Part shown: piece by piece, positions 10,026 through 18,963 of the stretch | How positions within the stretch are numbered: position 1 is the first letter of the stretch | Layout of the letters: each line of letters begins with the position of its first letter | Sequence record: OZ035759.1 | Direction: 5' to 3' (one strand) | DNA from: Mosigvirus mar005p1 | DNA length: 64,000 nucleotides | The notes under the pieces: model-generated | What the model was told of the DNA's origin: nothing | Database searches by the model: none | Seen by the model: only the letters and a program-made list of their open reading frames with translations | Made by a program: the position numbers and the translations under genes

Positions 10026-10987
10026 TGTACTCTTTAGAAGAATTTAATAACCACGCTATAAATGCGGATTTCCAACGAAACAATATGTTTAGTTGTGTAT
10101 TTGCTACTACCCCATCGACCAAATCATCTTCACTAATTTCGTCAATTGGTAGTTTTGCTTATAATAACTTAGGGTTGGATTCAGATTGGCTAGGATTGTC
10201 TCAAGGTGATATCAATCAGGGCGTAACAACCCTGATTACAGCAGGAACACAGAAATTAGTTCGAAAATCAGGTGCAAGTAAATATCTGATTGGAGCAATG
10301 AGTCAACGTACGGTACAAAGCTTGTTAGGTGAGTTCACAGTAGGAACTTATCTGATAGACTTCTTCAATATGGCATATAATAATACAGGTTTAATGATTT
10401 ATTCTGTAAAAATGCCTGAGAACCGATTATCTTATGAAACGGATTTCAACTATAACTCCCCGAACATCCGAATTACCGGTCGTGAAATGGACCCGTTAGT
10501 AATAAGCTTTAGAATGGATTCCGAAGCATCTAACTTTAGAGCAATGCAAGACTGGGTAAACTCAGTCCAAGACCCTGTAACAGGTCTTCGTGCTTTACCA
10601 CAAGACGTCGAAGCAGATATTCAGGTTAATTTACACGCACGAAATGGTTTACCACATACCGCTGTCATGTTCACAGGATGTATTCCTGTTAGTGTCTCTT
10701 CTCCTGAGTTAACGTATGATGGTGATAATCAGATAACAGTTTTTGATGTAACATTTGCTTATCGCGTTATGCAATCAGGTGCTGTAAATAGACAGGCTGC
10801 TTTAGAATGGCTGGAATCAGGACTTATTAGTAGTGTTTCAGGAATGTTTGGAAATAATCAGAATGATTCTGGACTAGGAAGTGCAGTATCAAGACTTTCT
10901 AGATTAGGTGGGACTGCTGGAGGTGTGTCTAATATAAACACATTGACAGGTGTGGTGAATTCTGCGTCAAGAGTTTTAGGACTATAA
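10025..10987 (+). CDS. 54: baseplate-tail tube initiator gp54
   Basis: 320 aa; T4 synteny and size. Confidence 0.9.
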   Translation: MYSLEEFNNHAINADFQRNNMFSCVFATTPSTKSSSLISSIGSFAYNNLGLDSDWLGLSQGDINQGVTTLITAGTQKLVRKSGASKYLIGAMSQRTVQSLLGEFTVGTYLIDFFNMAYNNTGLMIYSVKMPENRLSYETDFNYNSPNIRITGREMDPLVISFRMDSEASNFRAMQDWVNSVQDPVTGLRALPQDVEADIQVNLHARNGLPHTAVMFTGCIPVSVSSPELTYDGDNQITVFDVTFAYRVMQSGAVNRQAALEWLESGLISSVSGMFGNNQNDSGLGSAVSRLSRLGGTAGGVSNINTLTGVVNSASRVLGL

Positions 10988-10992
10988 GAAAA

Positions 10993-11009
10993 GGGAGACG
11001 TTGTCTCCC
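10993..11009. terminator. bidirectional hairpin (GGGAGAC gtt GTCTCCC) between convergent genes 54 (+) and alt.-1-like ORF (-); T-rich on both sides
   Basis: perfect 7-bp inverted repeat seen in sequence. Confidence 0.55.
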
Positions 11010-11018
11010 TTTAGGGGT

Positions 11019-11305
11019 TTATTTACGGAATGAAATGAATGCTGGTGCTCGGAATGGAGTATCATCTTTAGAGTATTTAACTAATACGACCATTGGTACC
11101 TCTGTTTCTAAATGACCTGTCACTACACCGATAAAAATTTGATCAGTGTGCTCAGGGTCACGAAAGTTTTTAAGAGGTTCCATAGCAATATGGAATGCAC
11201 CTGGGAATAATCGATTCAATTCGTCAATCACAGCTTCGTTAAAAGCATCATCCGCTGGGATAGCATCTTCAACTACTAGTTCTTGACCATTAAAGCGAAG
11301 CATAG
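11019..11305 (-). CDS. hypothetical protein, alt.-1 position (track ORF started at 11384; start moved to internal Met MKSMLRF with GAGGAAA RBS)
   Basis: 95 aa; the early promoter at 11344..11370 lies upstream of this start. Confidence 0.5.
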
Positions 11306-11343
11306 ATTTCATAACGTTTTCCTCATGTTGTTGATGGGATGAT

Positions 11344-11370
11344 AGTATCACACATCCATGTGTTTGTAAA
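11344..11370 (-). promoter_or_regulatory. T4 early promoter (GTTTACA N18 TACTAT on minus strand)
   Basis: plus tgtaaac 11364..11370 and atagta 11344..11349. Confidence 0.55.
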
Positions 11371-13458
11371 CTATCCTTGGACAAATTTAAACGGAACTGA
11401 TTCTAAATCCATTAAAGACGCTAACAATTTCAAACCTTTAGGTGCACTAGTTTTTTCTACAAATGAGGAGAACGATACCGGCTCATCTGATTCGATTTCA
11501 CCCGTCATAGCAACCACCTCGCCTGTTTCCATGAGAACATCACCATCGTAAATGACAGCTTCGTCCAACTGGTCCGAGGACATAACTTCAGCTTGAATAA
11601 ATTTAAGGTTGGATTCTAAACCTGCACCAGTGTCAGATGACGCATCTGTAATTTTATTTATCTGCAAGAGAATGCCTCTAGGCAAAATAATTTCTTGCTC
11701 ATTAGGGTGATTACTCAACTGTCCTGGATAAATCACGTTAACTTTATGAGCGCCATCAATAGCCCATCCAACGTTAACACGGATTTGTTCTGGCGCATGC
11801 ATAGCTGTTCTTACTTGACTAGGAGAAATAGTAACACCTTCGTCATTATTGTCAATGTTAAGCTCTTTGCGAACTTCTTCAGGAGCAAGTCCAAGGGCAA
11901 CGTTCTCTTTAAACCCGCCGAAAATAATAGGAGCTAGTGAAGTGGAAACATAGTTTCTGAAGTAGAATACCTTATTTTTAACCATTGCTTCGTAAATAGG
12001 CATTCTGATAGACTGAGCTCTATATAATGTTAGTCCTTCAGGTAAACGGTCTCCGTTTAAAAACGCTGAATCAAGACCATCAATAGCGCGTTTAACTTCA
12101 TCTTCATCTGCAACATCGTAAAAATCTGGTTTATAGCGACCTAACAACATATTATTAATATCGGTATACGCAGAAGAGGCATATTCACGAATAGCTCGTT
12201 TTTCAACAACAGAGTATTGTTTAGGGTCCCGATTCATTGTTATATTAAAGGTGCCTCTAGCCGATTCTCGTGCATAAGTATACATCACATTAGACAAGAA
12301 CGCTGATTTACGTTGTTTCCAAGTTCTTTCAGATACTTCAGCTAAAACGTCGTCGGGCAGTTGGAAATTATCACGTCTAAAATCTTCAAACCATTCGTCT
12401 CTAATAGAGTCTGCAATTTCGTTTGCAGCTTCAACAAAAGCAGCTAATGCTTTAACAGATGTTGTTTTTTCAGTTTTAATTTTCTTAGCAAACTTTTCTA
12501 AAGCCGGCTTAATAACACTACCATAAGAAACTTCATCAGCAAATCTAAAGGATTCATCAATACGATTATAAATCTTATTTTCGATATCAGCAACTAAAGT
12601 GCCTTTTGCTGTGGATGATGCTTGGGCTAGTACGATTTCATATGCTTCAGGAAGTAATTCGGCTGTAGCCGGGCCACTAACTTCTTTAGCAGAATTTTCG
12701 TATTTCTGGAATAACTCACCTTCTTGGCGGTCAGCTTCTAAAGATTGACTTGCTGCAATAGCACGACGAGAAATTTTAGTACGAGCAATAACAGGCTTAT
12801 CTTTACGTTTTTCTTCTACAGCAGCAATAGAACCAGCGATAGCCGTTTCTTTGGTGACTTTTTCGCCGGTCTTTTTACTCACATAAACTTCGCCAACATC
12901 AGAATCTACTTTCGCGTACAACTCTGTGTTAATGTTAGGGATGCCTTTAATATCTTCAATGTTGGCATTTTTACGAACCATCATCACATAGGTGTGTTTA
13001 CCTGTGAATTGATACATTGCCGACAATACTTTAAAACGACCACCTGTTTTAGTAGAAACTAGACGAGCAAGAAGAGTTTGAAGTTGTTGTCCACGTCCTT
13101 TCAATTTCTTGGTAGGGAATCGGAACAGAACTGCATCCATACGAAGAGCTTTAACCTGTTCATACACTGTATTGAAAATGGTGTTGATTGCATCAATAGG
13201 AGCAGGACCAAGGCCATTTTTCAATTCAGCGAGATTACCCTTTTCAGACAGACTCATAATAACAACATGAGCGTATTTATCGCCAAGTTTAACTTGTTTT
13301 ACAGCATCGCCTTCAGAAAGGTAAGAGAATAAGCGAACTACAATATTTGTATCAACATCACCAATTTTCCAGACTTGTGGAACTTTAGCTTTAGGGTTCA
13401 AATTGACGACAGGAAGACTGCCTTCAGATTCAAACACTTCATTTAATTGTTCAGACAT
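11371..13458 (-). CDS. alt: Alt ADP-ribosyltransferase (packaged into virion)
   Basis: 695 aa; T4 synteny and size; ART-like C-terminal region. Confidence 0.9.
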   Translation of the reverse strand: MSEQLNEVFESEGSLPVVNLNPKAKVPQVWKIGDVDTNIVVRLFSYLSEGDAVKQVKLGDKYAHVVIMSLSEKGNLAELKNGLGPAPIDAINTIFNTVYEQVKALRMDAVLFRFPTKKLKGRGQQLQTLLARLVSTKTGGRFKVLSAMYQFTGKHTYVMMVRKNANIEDIKGIPNINTELYAKVDSDVGEVYVSKKTGEKVTKETAIAGSIAAVEEKRKDKPVIARTKISRRAIAASQSLEADRQEGELFQKYENSAKEVSGPATAELLPEAYEIVLAQASSTAKGTLVADIENKIYNRIDESFRFADEVSYGSVIKPALEKFAKKIKTEKTTSVKALAAFVEAANEIADSIRDEWFEDFRRDNFQLPDDVLAEVSERTWKQRKSAFLSNVMYTYARESARGTFNITMNRDPKQYSVVEKRAIREYASSAYTDINNMLLGRYKPDFYDVADEDEVKRAIDGLDSAFLNGDRLPEGLTLYRAQSIRMPIYEAMVKNKVFYFRNYVSTSLAPIIFGGFKENVALGLAPEEVRKELNIDNNDEGVTISPSQVRTAMHAPEQIRVNVGWAIDGAHKVNVIYPGQLSNHPNEQEIILPRGILLQINKITDASSDTGAGLESNLKFIQAEVMSSDQLDEAVIYDGDVLMETGEVVAMTGEIESDEPVSFSSFVEKTSAPKGLKLLASLMDLESVPFKFVQG

Positions 13459-13499
13459 AGTGTTTTCCTTTTAGTAATATCTAATATTTATGCCAGAAA

Positions 13500-13515
13500 A
13501 GAGCCCGAAGGCTCT
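13500..13515 (-). terminator. UUCG-tetraloop hairpin (plus agagcc cgaa ggctct) downstream of ORF 13515..13703
   Basis: perfect stem plus tetraloop. Confidence 0.45.
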
Positions 13516-13703
13516 TAATCCACAATCGGGAGCAAAGTACGATAAACTTCAAAATTAGGGCCTTTTTCGTACTTATCAAAATTGTCCATAAAAATATGAT
13601 AGGAATCGTTATTAGGAAAATCTAATATAATCTGAGAGCAAGAGGTGGAAACATCTCCACCATCCTTCTTAGCTACAATAACTGTTTCTAAATAAGCTTT
13701 CAT
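13515..13703 (-). CDS. hypothetical small protein (start at internal Met MKAYLETV; ATG overlaps gene 30 stop as TAATG)
   Basis: 62 aa; translational coupling to gene 30. Confidence 0.45.
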   Translation of the reverse strand: MKAYLETVIVAKKDGGDVSTSCSQIILDFPNNDSYHIFMDNFDKYEKGPNFEVYRTLLPIVD

Positions 13704-15196
13704 TATAAACCTGTCTGGGACCACGGTCCAAATACGTCTTCAAACGAATCCGCTTCTGTTTTATCAAAACGGAACCCTTTAATAATTGGAAGGAAAATAC
13801 CTACAGTACCTTCACGGCCTTTAGAATGAACCCAACCATTACATTCACAATCAGCGATACGTCCAATCAATTTACCTTCACGTGCTTCCTTCATTAGTTT
13901 TTCACGGTCTAAATCATGACGCTCGTCTAAAGGAATAAGAACCTTTACATCATCAACTGTTTTATGAGTTGTATCTTTAAACCCTGAACCGCAATCGGTT
14001 GTAATACGACGACAACGTGATACGAGTTCGACACCACCTAATTTGTTAGGGTCTTTAGAGTGTTCATAGTATCCTACAACTTCTAAAGCAATATCAATAA
14101 CTTCTTTAAATTTAATTAGGTTCTTAGAGCGTTTGTTTTCCCAATACGAATCACGGTTTTTAAGGATAATACCTTCAAGACCTTGGTCAACATATTTTTT
14201 ATAAACCACTTTAGCTTCGTCAAGATTATGAACTAACTGATTTTCAATTGGCTCAATTCGCTTAAAGCCTTCGGCCATATTTTCAAGAGCAGCAAAACGA
14301 ACATCGTATTTCTGACCTTTAATTTTGCCATCAGAATAGACTTCATCTAAAGGAACATAGTCCCAGGCTTGAAGAACCATACCTTCCGCTTCTTTAGGAG
14401 AAATAGTCCCTTGAAGAGATTTATTTGCTAAACCATTTGAAGTGCTACGGTCCGCAACTTGTACTTCTTCGGATTCTTCATTATCACCAAATAAGAACGA
14501 CAGGTCATTTCCTGAGCTCACAGCCTTTTTAATATCGAATGAATGATAAACTAATTCACCGTCGATTAAAACCCCATTAGGGTGTCTTTCACGAGCTTCT
14601 TTAGTCATTTCCATTAGTTCATCCGCTAATAGAGTAAGACCATGGTATTCGTTACCGGCACGAGAAAAGAATTGAACACCATCATCGCGAACTTCAGCGA
14701 AACAACGAGCACCATCTGCTTTTAATTGGGCAAATGCAGGCCATTTAATATTTTTAGTAATCAATTTCTCATCATATGCAGATGCTAACATCTGTGGTTG
14801 CAATTGAATAAGTCCAGGCCACACCTTATTCGCGATAGACACTGAAGCACCTACTTCAAGGTCGCGCATCATTACACGACGAAGGACTTCTACATCATCG
14901 GGTTTACCATCAGCGATATAACCCATGAGCTCTTTAATTGCAGCATTACCAGTGAGTTTACGAGTGGCTAATGTGAACTCAATAAAATCCAACATGTCAT
15001 CTAATTCAAGAAGTCCATACGCTTGAGACCTTTCACCCGGTCCTGGCCATTTCTTAATATAATACTGGATACCACGTGCATATGTTAAACGATACACACG
15101 TTCAAGTAATTTGTTGTCCTTATTTTTCTTAAGGATTTCTTGTTTTGTTTTAGTAGAACCGATCGCAGCTATTTGGTTTAAAATATCTAAAATCAT
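13703..15196 (-). CDS. 30: ATP-dependent DNA ligase gp30
   Basis: 497 aa; near-identical to recalled T4 DNA ligase; KADG adenylation motif. Confidence 0.95.
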   Translation of the reverse strand: MILDILNQIAAIGSTKTKQEILKKNKDNKLLERVYRLTYARGIQYYIKKWPGPGERSQAYGLLELDDMLDFIEFTLATRKLTGNAAIKELMGYIADGKPDDVEVLRRVMMRDLEVGASVSIANKVWPGLIQLQPQMLASAYDEKLITKNIKWPAFAQLKADGARCFAEVRDDGVQFFSRAGNEYHGLTLLADELMEMTKEARERHPNGVLIDGELVYHSFDIKKAVSSGNDLSFLFGDNEESEEVQVADRSTSNGLANKSLQGTISPKEAEGMVLQAWDYVPLDEVYSDGKIKGQKYDVRFAALENMAEGFKRIEPIENQLVHNLDEAKVVYKKYVDQGLEGIILKNRDSYWENKRSKNLIKFKEVIDIALEVVGYYEHSKDPNKLGGVELVSRCRRITTDCGSGFKDTTHKTVDDVKVLIPLDERHDLDREKLMKEAREGKLIGRIADCECNGWVHSKGREGTVGIFLPIIKGFRFDKTEADSFEDVFGPWSQTGL

Positions 15197-15378
15197 TTGA
15201 TATCCTCGATTTTGGTTACGGTTCTATTATAAGCCACTTCATCTAGAAGCGATTTCAGCGTTTTCTGATAAGTGGTAATCCATTTACCGAGTCCTTCAAC
15301 ATAATATTCTGAAATGTAGATGAACCCTTGTTCAACACACTCTTTAAATATTTCTGCGTCTTTTACTGAACGAAACAC
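15193..15378 (-). CDS. 30.1: 30.1 hypothetical protein
   Basis: 61 aa ORF coupled to gene 30; T4 synteny. Confidence 0.55.
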   Translation of the reverse strand: MFRSVKDAEIFKECVEQGFIYISEYYVEGLGKWITTYQKTLKSLLDEVAYNRTVTKIEDIK

Positions 15379-15471
15379 CGGTCAGTCTCGAAAGAACATG
15401 TTAACATGACCGTAGTCACGTGTGCTGGTTTTGCCATCTGTAATATCATGAACTACAAACATAATTAGCCC

Positions 15472-16287
15472 TTAACAATTTATAGACCAAGTCCATTTAG
15501 ACGAATCTAAAGGAAAGTTTTGAATCGTCCACCATGGCTGCATATCGGTTGGTCCTGGAGTTCGCCAAGTATACGGATTCGACGGAGTGCCAATTTGATT
15601 AGGCCATGCACCTGGACTTGTTGCACCAGATTCTTTAAGCAAATCTGCCAATCGTTTTAAAAGGTCTTCACGATCTGAATCTGAATTATGCTCTGGCGGA
15701 ACCAATCGAGATTCAATATCATCCCACGTGTGTACACGTTGTGCAGTACGAGGAATGGCATCACGTTCACCACGAGCCAACCAATAAATCGGTACATTAA
15801 GAATTTCTGCCGCATGGTCACAGTGATGAGCTAAATCGTCAACGTAACAAATCACGTTATATTTTGTTTTAGCTAGTTCAAATAATTGTTCCTTTGAAGA
15901 ATCATGACCACACATCATTACTTCGGAGAAAGCGCCTGGGAACAAAGCATTCAAATTAAATTGTCTATTCAATCGAGCATCAATTGAATCACCTAGCGCC
16001 GTCACGGCTACAAAATTATAGTCTTCTTTTAGTTTATTGATAACTCGAAGAGCATCCGAATAAGGCGCTAAGTAACGAATAAAATCAGAGCGATTATATT
16101 TTTCTATTAATTGTTTACCAAGGTTATCGTCGGTATTGAACAGTTTACCAGGAGAAATAAATTTTTCGTCCTGAATCATTTTTAAAATATGTTCTAATGG
16201 AAGATTATATTTTTGGGCAAAATAAGGAAGTCCAGATTGCCAACTTAAACATACACCATCAATATCGGTCAAAATAGTAGGCTTCAT
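15472..16287 (-). CDS. 30.2: 30.2 HAD-superfamily phosphatase-like protein with Trp/Pro-rich C-terminal tail
   Basis: 271 aa; N-terminal DIDGV (DxDG) HAD motif I. Confidence 0.65.
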   Translation of the reverse strand: MKPTILTDIDGVCLSWQSGLPYFAQKYNLPLEHILKMIQDEKFISPGKLFNTDDNLGKQLIEKYNRSDFIRYLAPYSDALRVINKLKEDYNFVAVTALGDSIDARLNRQFNLNALFPGAFSEVMMCGHDSSKEQLFELAKTKYNVICYVDDLAHHCDHAAEILNVPIYWLARGERDAIPRTAQRVHTWDDIESRLVPPEHNSDSDREDLLKRLADLLKESGATSPGAWPNQIGTPSNPYTWRTPGPTDMQPWWTIQNFPLDSSKWTWSINC

Positions 16288-16751
16288 AGAGAGTCTCTTA
16301 ATAGGTTTAACACATCAATAAATTCAGCTTCGGTTAGTATTGTATCATCTTTTGTTAGACCACTAGCCATGCTGTGCTTCAAAATTTTTCCTTTAGAGGC
16401 TTGTAAGGCATCACGAAACCCCTTGTTTTGGATCGCAGCTTCAAAATATGCATTTGTGTATAATTCTTTCCACGCTGGAGAGTATCTTGAAAACGGAACT
16501 CCAATCCAGAAGAGGGTCCCACGGTCCTGAGCTCTAGCATAAGCTCGTCCAGCTTGTTGGGCGGCAAGCCCGGATAACCCAAATATACGTCTTTGCTGTT
16601 CAACATTTTTCACCTTACATCCTTGGAGAAATCCTTCAAGACCTCCGAATTGAATACCATCCATAACAAAAGGCCATTGAGCAAAGTTACTTAATGCACA
16701 TGACGGCCACTTGAAATTACTTCTTATTTCTAATTCAGACATCTTTAACAC
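16284..16751 (-). CDS. 30.3: 30.3 NADAR (YbiA/DUF1768)-like protein
   Basis: 155 aa; LSNFAQWPFVMDGIQF resembles the YbiA core FSNFAAWPIKVDGKTW (recalled). Confidence 0.65.
   Translation of the reverse strand: MLKMSELEIRSNFKWPSCALSNFAQWPFVMDGIQFGGLEGFLQGCKVKNVEQQRRIFGLSGLAAQQAGRAYARAQDRGTLFWIGVPFSRYSPAWKELYTNAYFEAAIQNKGFRDALQASKGKILKHSMASGLTKDDTILTEAEFIDVLNLLRDSL
16379..16606 (-). CDS. possible nested ORF within 30.3 in an alternative frame (T4 30.3'-like); may be spurious
   Basis: 75 aa ORF fully inside 30.3. Confidence 0.2.
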   Translation of the reverse strand: MLNSKDVYLGYPGLPPNKLDELMLELRTVGPSSGLEFRFQDTLQRGKNYTQMHILKLRSKTRGFVMPYKPLKEKF

Positions 16752-16953
16752 TTATAATTTCAACATCAGCCCAATGACCGTATCCAGGTATACGGTCTTC
16801 GATAGATAAATTTCTGTCATTTTTAGGCATTTTAATTGACGTAACGTATGGTTCTAAACGGTTTTCCGCGTAATATGGAAAAACGTCGGTTACACGATAA
16901 GTAACTTCAATCATTTCCGTACCAAACAATTTCTGGATTAATTTATTCAACAT
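16735..16953 (-). CDS. 30.4: 30.4 hypothetical protein
   Basis: 72 aa; T4 synteny. Confidence 0.55.
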   Translation of the reverse strand: MLNKLIQKLFGTEMIEVTYRVTDVFPYYAENRLEPYVTSIKMPKNDRNLSIEDRIPGYGHWADVEIISVKDV

Positions 16954-17140
16954 GTTTCAACCCTTTAATAGGAGATAACTCTTTACCCATACGTATGTCA
17001 GAAGTCCCATCAACCCATTGAACAGCATACGCTTCATTGATAATTCCAGCGGCAGTTTTAAATTCGTTGAGAACTTTAAAAATCATCCCAGGGATTCCAA
17101 CACCTTTTAATTGGACTGTTTGTGCTATTAAAAATTTCAT
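16943..17140 (-). CDS. 30.5: 30.5 hypothetical protein
   Basis: 65 aa; T4 synteny; early promoter upstream. Confidence 0.55.
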   Translation of the reverse strand: MKFLIAQTVQLKGVGIPGMIFKVLNEFKTAAGIINEAYAVQWVDGTSDIRMGKELSPIKGLKHVE

Positions 17141-17164
17141 ATTTTTCCACTTACTAAAGAAATC

Positions 17165-17195
17165 ATTATACTCTAATCCGTCCTTGGATGTACAC
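17165..17195 (-). promoter_or_regulatory. T4 early promoter (TGTACA N17 TATAAT, minus strand) upstream of 30.5
   Basis: plus attata 17165..17170, tgtacac 17189..17195. Confidence 0.5.
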
Positions 17196-17809
17196 TACTT
17201 AATGAAATTAATTTCTACCGGATGAACAACAGGTTGAGCAGTGATATATTGAGTAATTGCTTTCATGACTAGAGCTTCAGAACCAGGATTTTTCTCAACG
17301 AATTCACGTGCTAGGTTATGAGCTTCGAGTTCACTCAATAAACCGGAACGCTGGCATCCACGGTCTTGAGTACCCTGTTCAGATAAAAGGACTACTACAT
17401 ATTTTTCATCGTCGTAGGGCTTAGCCAGTTGAGCAAATGTTCCTTTACTTCCAAAAGGAGAGTTATGTCGCCACATCACGCCGTGAGGAGTTTCAACCTT
17501 CGTATATTCGTGCGGTCCATTTTTCTTAGTTTCTTGATGTGGAACTTCATAGACCTTAGGGTTAGGACATTCAATAAAATGCTCATCTAAATCGGTCGAG
17601 AATATTAAAGTAAAACAATTACTGAATTTACCAACACCGGCCTGATAAATTTTACCTTCAGAAGTTCTAATTTCACAAACTGAGCCGGCATCAGTAACTT
17701 CTAAAACTTCAAAAGGCTCGATAAGGTCATATGAGAACATGTTTTTAAGGCGTGGAGTAATATCCCCATTTTTAAAATTCATTTTATAAAAAGTATTAAC
17801 TTTAAACAT
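17195..17809 (-). CDS. 30.6: 30.6 hypothetical protein (track ORF used a TTG start inside a hairpin; ATG at 17809 with GAGGAAATT spacer preferred)
   Basis: 204 aa; strong RBS. Confidence 0.55.
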   Translation of the reverse strand: MFKVNTFYKMNFKNGDITPRLKNMFSYDLIEPFEVLEVTDAGSVCEIRTSEGKIYQAGVGKFSNCFTLIFSTDLDEHFIECPNPKVYEVPHQETKKNGPHEYTKVETPHGVMWRHNSPFGSKGTFAQLAKPYDDEKYVVVLLSEQGTQDRGCQRSGLLSELEAHNLAREFVEKNPGSEALVMKAITQYITAQPVVHPVEINFIK

Positions 17810-17821
17810 AATTTCCTCAGT

Positions 17822-17837
17822 GGGAGCCGAAGCTCCC
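17822..17837 (-). terminator. UUCG-tetraloop hairpin (GGGAGC UUCG GCUCCC) downstream of 30.7
   Basis: perfect 6-bp stem plus tetraloop. Confidence 0.5.
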
Positions 17838-17844
17838 AATTAAT

Positions 17845-18210
17845 TTAGATATCAAATTCGTTAAGAACTACATCAAAGATTGCTTCGAGATGTTCAGGTT
17901 TAGCTCGGTTACTCAGGATATGACGAATCCAAGTTTTAACCAGAAGTTTACGATTAACACCATTCCAGCAAGGATGAGTACCTAAATCACGCTGACGGAA
18001 ATCATCATCTAATGCAATTTTAAAATTTGAACCTTCCATCGTGATTGAAACCGTGATGCCATTTTCAAATCGCATATAAACGTAATTAGGAGTCATGCAC
18101 TGTTCGATTTCACAAACTGTACCGTTTTCGTGTTTCCATAAGCAAATAACTTCAGAAGAACCAGCGATACCGTTAGAAACATATTTACGTTCGAAGTTGA
18201 TGTAGTTCAT
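17845..18210 (-). CDS. 30.7: 30.7 hypothetical protein
   Basis: 121 aa; T4 synteny. Confidence 0.55.
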   Translation of the reverse strand: MNYINFERKYVSNGIAGSSEVICLWKHENGTVCEIEQCMTPNYVYMRFENGITVSITMEGSNFKIALDDDFRQRDLGTHPCWNGVNRKLLVKTWIRHILSNRAKPEHLEAIFDVVLNEFDI

Positions 18211-18252
18211 TTTATTCTCCAGATGTTTAAGTTGTTTGTTGGTACAGGTCTA

Positions 18253-18280
18253 TAATAACATAACCTGTACCAAAGTAAAC
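18253..18280 (-). promoter_or_regulatory. T4 early promoter (GTTTAC N17 TATTAT, minus strand) upstream of 30.7
   Basis: plus ataata 18253..18258, gtaaac 18275..18280. Confidence 0.5.
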
Positions 18281-18284
18281 TGTT

Positions 18285-18653
18285 TTATGCAACTTTAATC
18301 CAATTGTCTAAATTTAAAACACCTTTGGCTTTCATTTTTTCGATCAGGTTATCTGCTGTAATGCGTCCATTTTGATACCATGTAACATCTTCAGAGTAAC
18401 CAGTTTCTTCGTCAACATATGTTTCTGAACGAATTTTACCGGTAATAATAGTTTTTAATTCGTATGTGTCACCTGTGAAAAAGTTTGCTAACACAATTTT
18501 CCAAGAGAAATCATCTGAAGGACCTTCAGGGGTCATACAACCTACGAACTCAAATTGCTCTTTGTATAACATCCACTGGAATTCTTTAATTTCGATAGCT
18601 TTATAACCGTCGTGGTCTTTACATTTGATGTATGAGTTCAGATTGATTTTCAT
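18285..18653 (-). CDS. 30.8: 30.8 hypothetical protein
   Basis: 122 aa; T4 synteny. Confidence 0.55.
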   Translation of the reverse strand: MKINLNSYIKCKDHDGYKAIEIKEFQWMLYKEQFEFVGCMTPEGPSDDFSWKIVLANFFTGDTYELKTIITGKIRSETYVDEETGYSEDVTWYQNGRITADNLIEKMKAKGVLNLDNWIKVA

Positions 18654-18695
18654 TTTGTTCTCCGGTTTGTTTTATCGATTAGGTGGTACAAGTCT

Positions 18696-18724
18696 ATAGT
18701 AACACATCCTACAGGAGAGTAAAC
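18696..18724 (-). promoter_or_regulatory. T4 early promoter (GTTTAC N17 TACTAT, minus strand) upstream of 30.8
   Basis: plus atagta 18696..18701, gtaaac 18719..18724. Confidence 0.5.
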
Positions 18725-18760
18725 ATCTTTTTAAACTTTTTCTGCCCTAAACGCACAAAA

Positions 18761-18778
18761 GGGAGACCGAAGTCTCCC
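18761..18778 (-). terminator. rho-independent terminator (GGGAGAC UUCG GUCUCCC then UUUU) after the 59-aa basic ORF
   Basis: perfect 7-bp stem, UUCG loop, U4 tract. Confidence 0.6.
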
Positions 18779-18783
18779 TAAAA

Positions 18784-18963
18784 TTATGCAATAACCTTTC
18801 CAAAACGAGAAGCATCATCTCGAAGAACTGCACGTGCTCTGCGCATGATCTTCTCAACTGTTTGATTAATACGAGAGTTCGACCCACGCTTGTAGCCAGC
18901 GCGTTTAGAGGTACCATCAACTTTCTTTTCAACTGCTTTCTTTGCTTTAGCTTGTTTTGCCAT
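18784..18963 (-). CDS. 30.9: small basic protein, 59 aa (MAKQAKAKKAVEKKVDGTSKRAGYKRG...), 30.9 position
   Basis: ATG 18963 to TAA 18784, ends just before the terminator hairpin; preferred over track ORF 18747..18932, which reads through the hairpin. Confidence 0.5.
   Translation of the reverse strand: MAKQAKAKKAVEKKVDGTSKRAGYKRGSNSRINQTVEKIMRRARAVLRDDASRFGKVIA

Noticed and set aside
11695-13332. Plus-strand track ORFs inside alt
   Set aside because: Antisense to the Alt ORF; no expression signals.
17810-17839. TTG start for 30.6 used by the track
   Set aside because: The start codon would sit inside the terminator hairpin; the downstream ATG at 17809 has a strong RBS.
18747-18932. 61-aa track ORF at the 30.9 position
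   Set aside because: Reads through the terminator hairpin; replaced by the 59-aa basic ORF in another frame.
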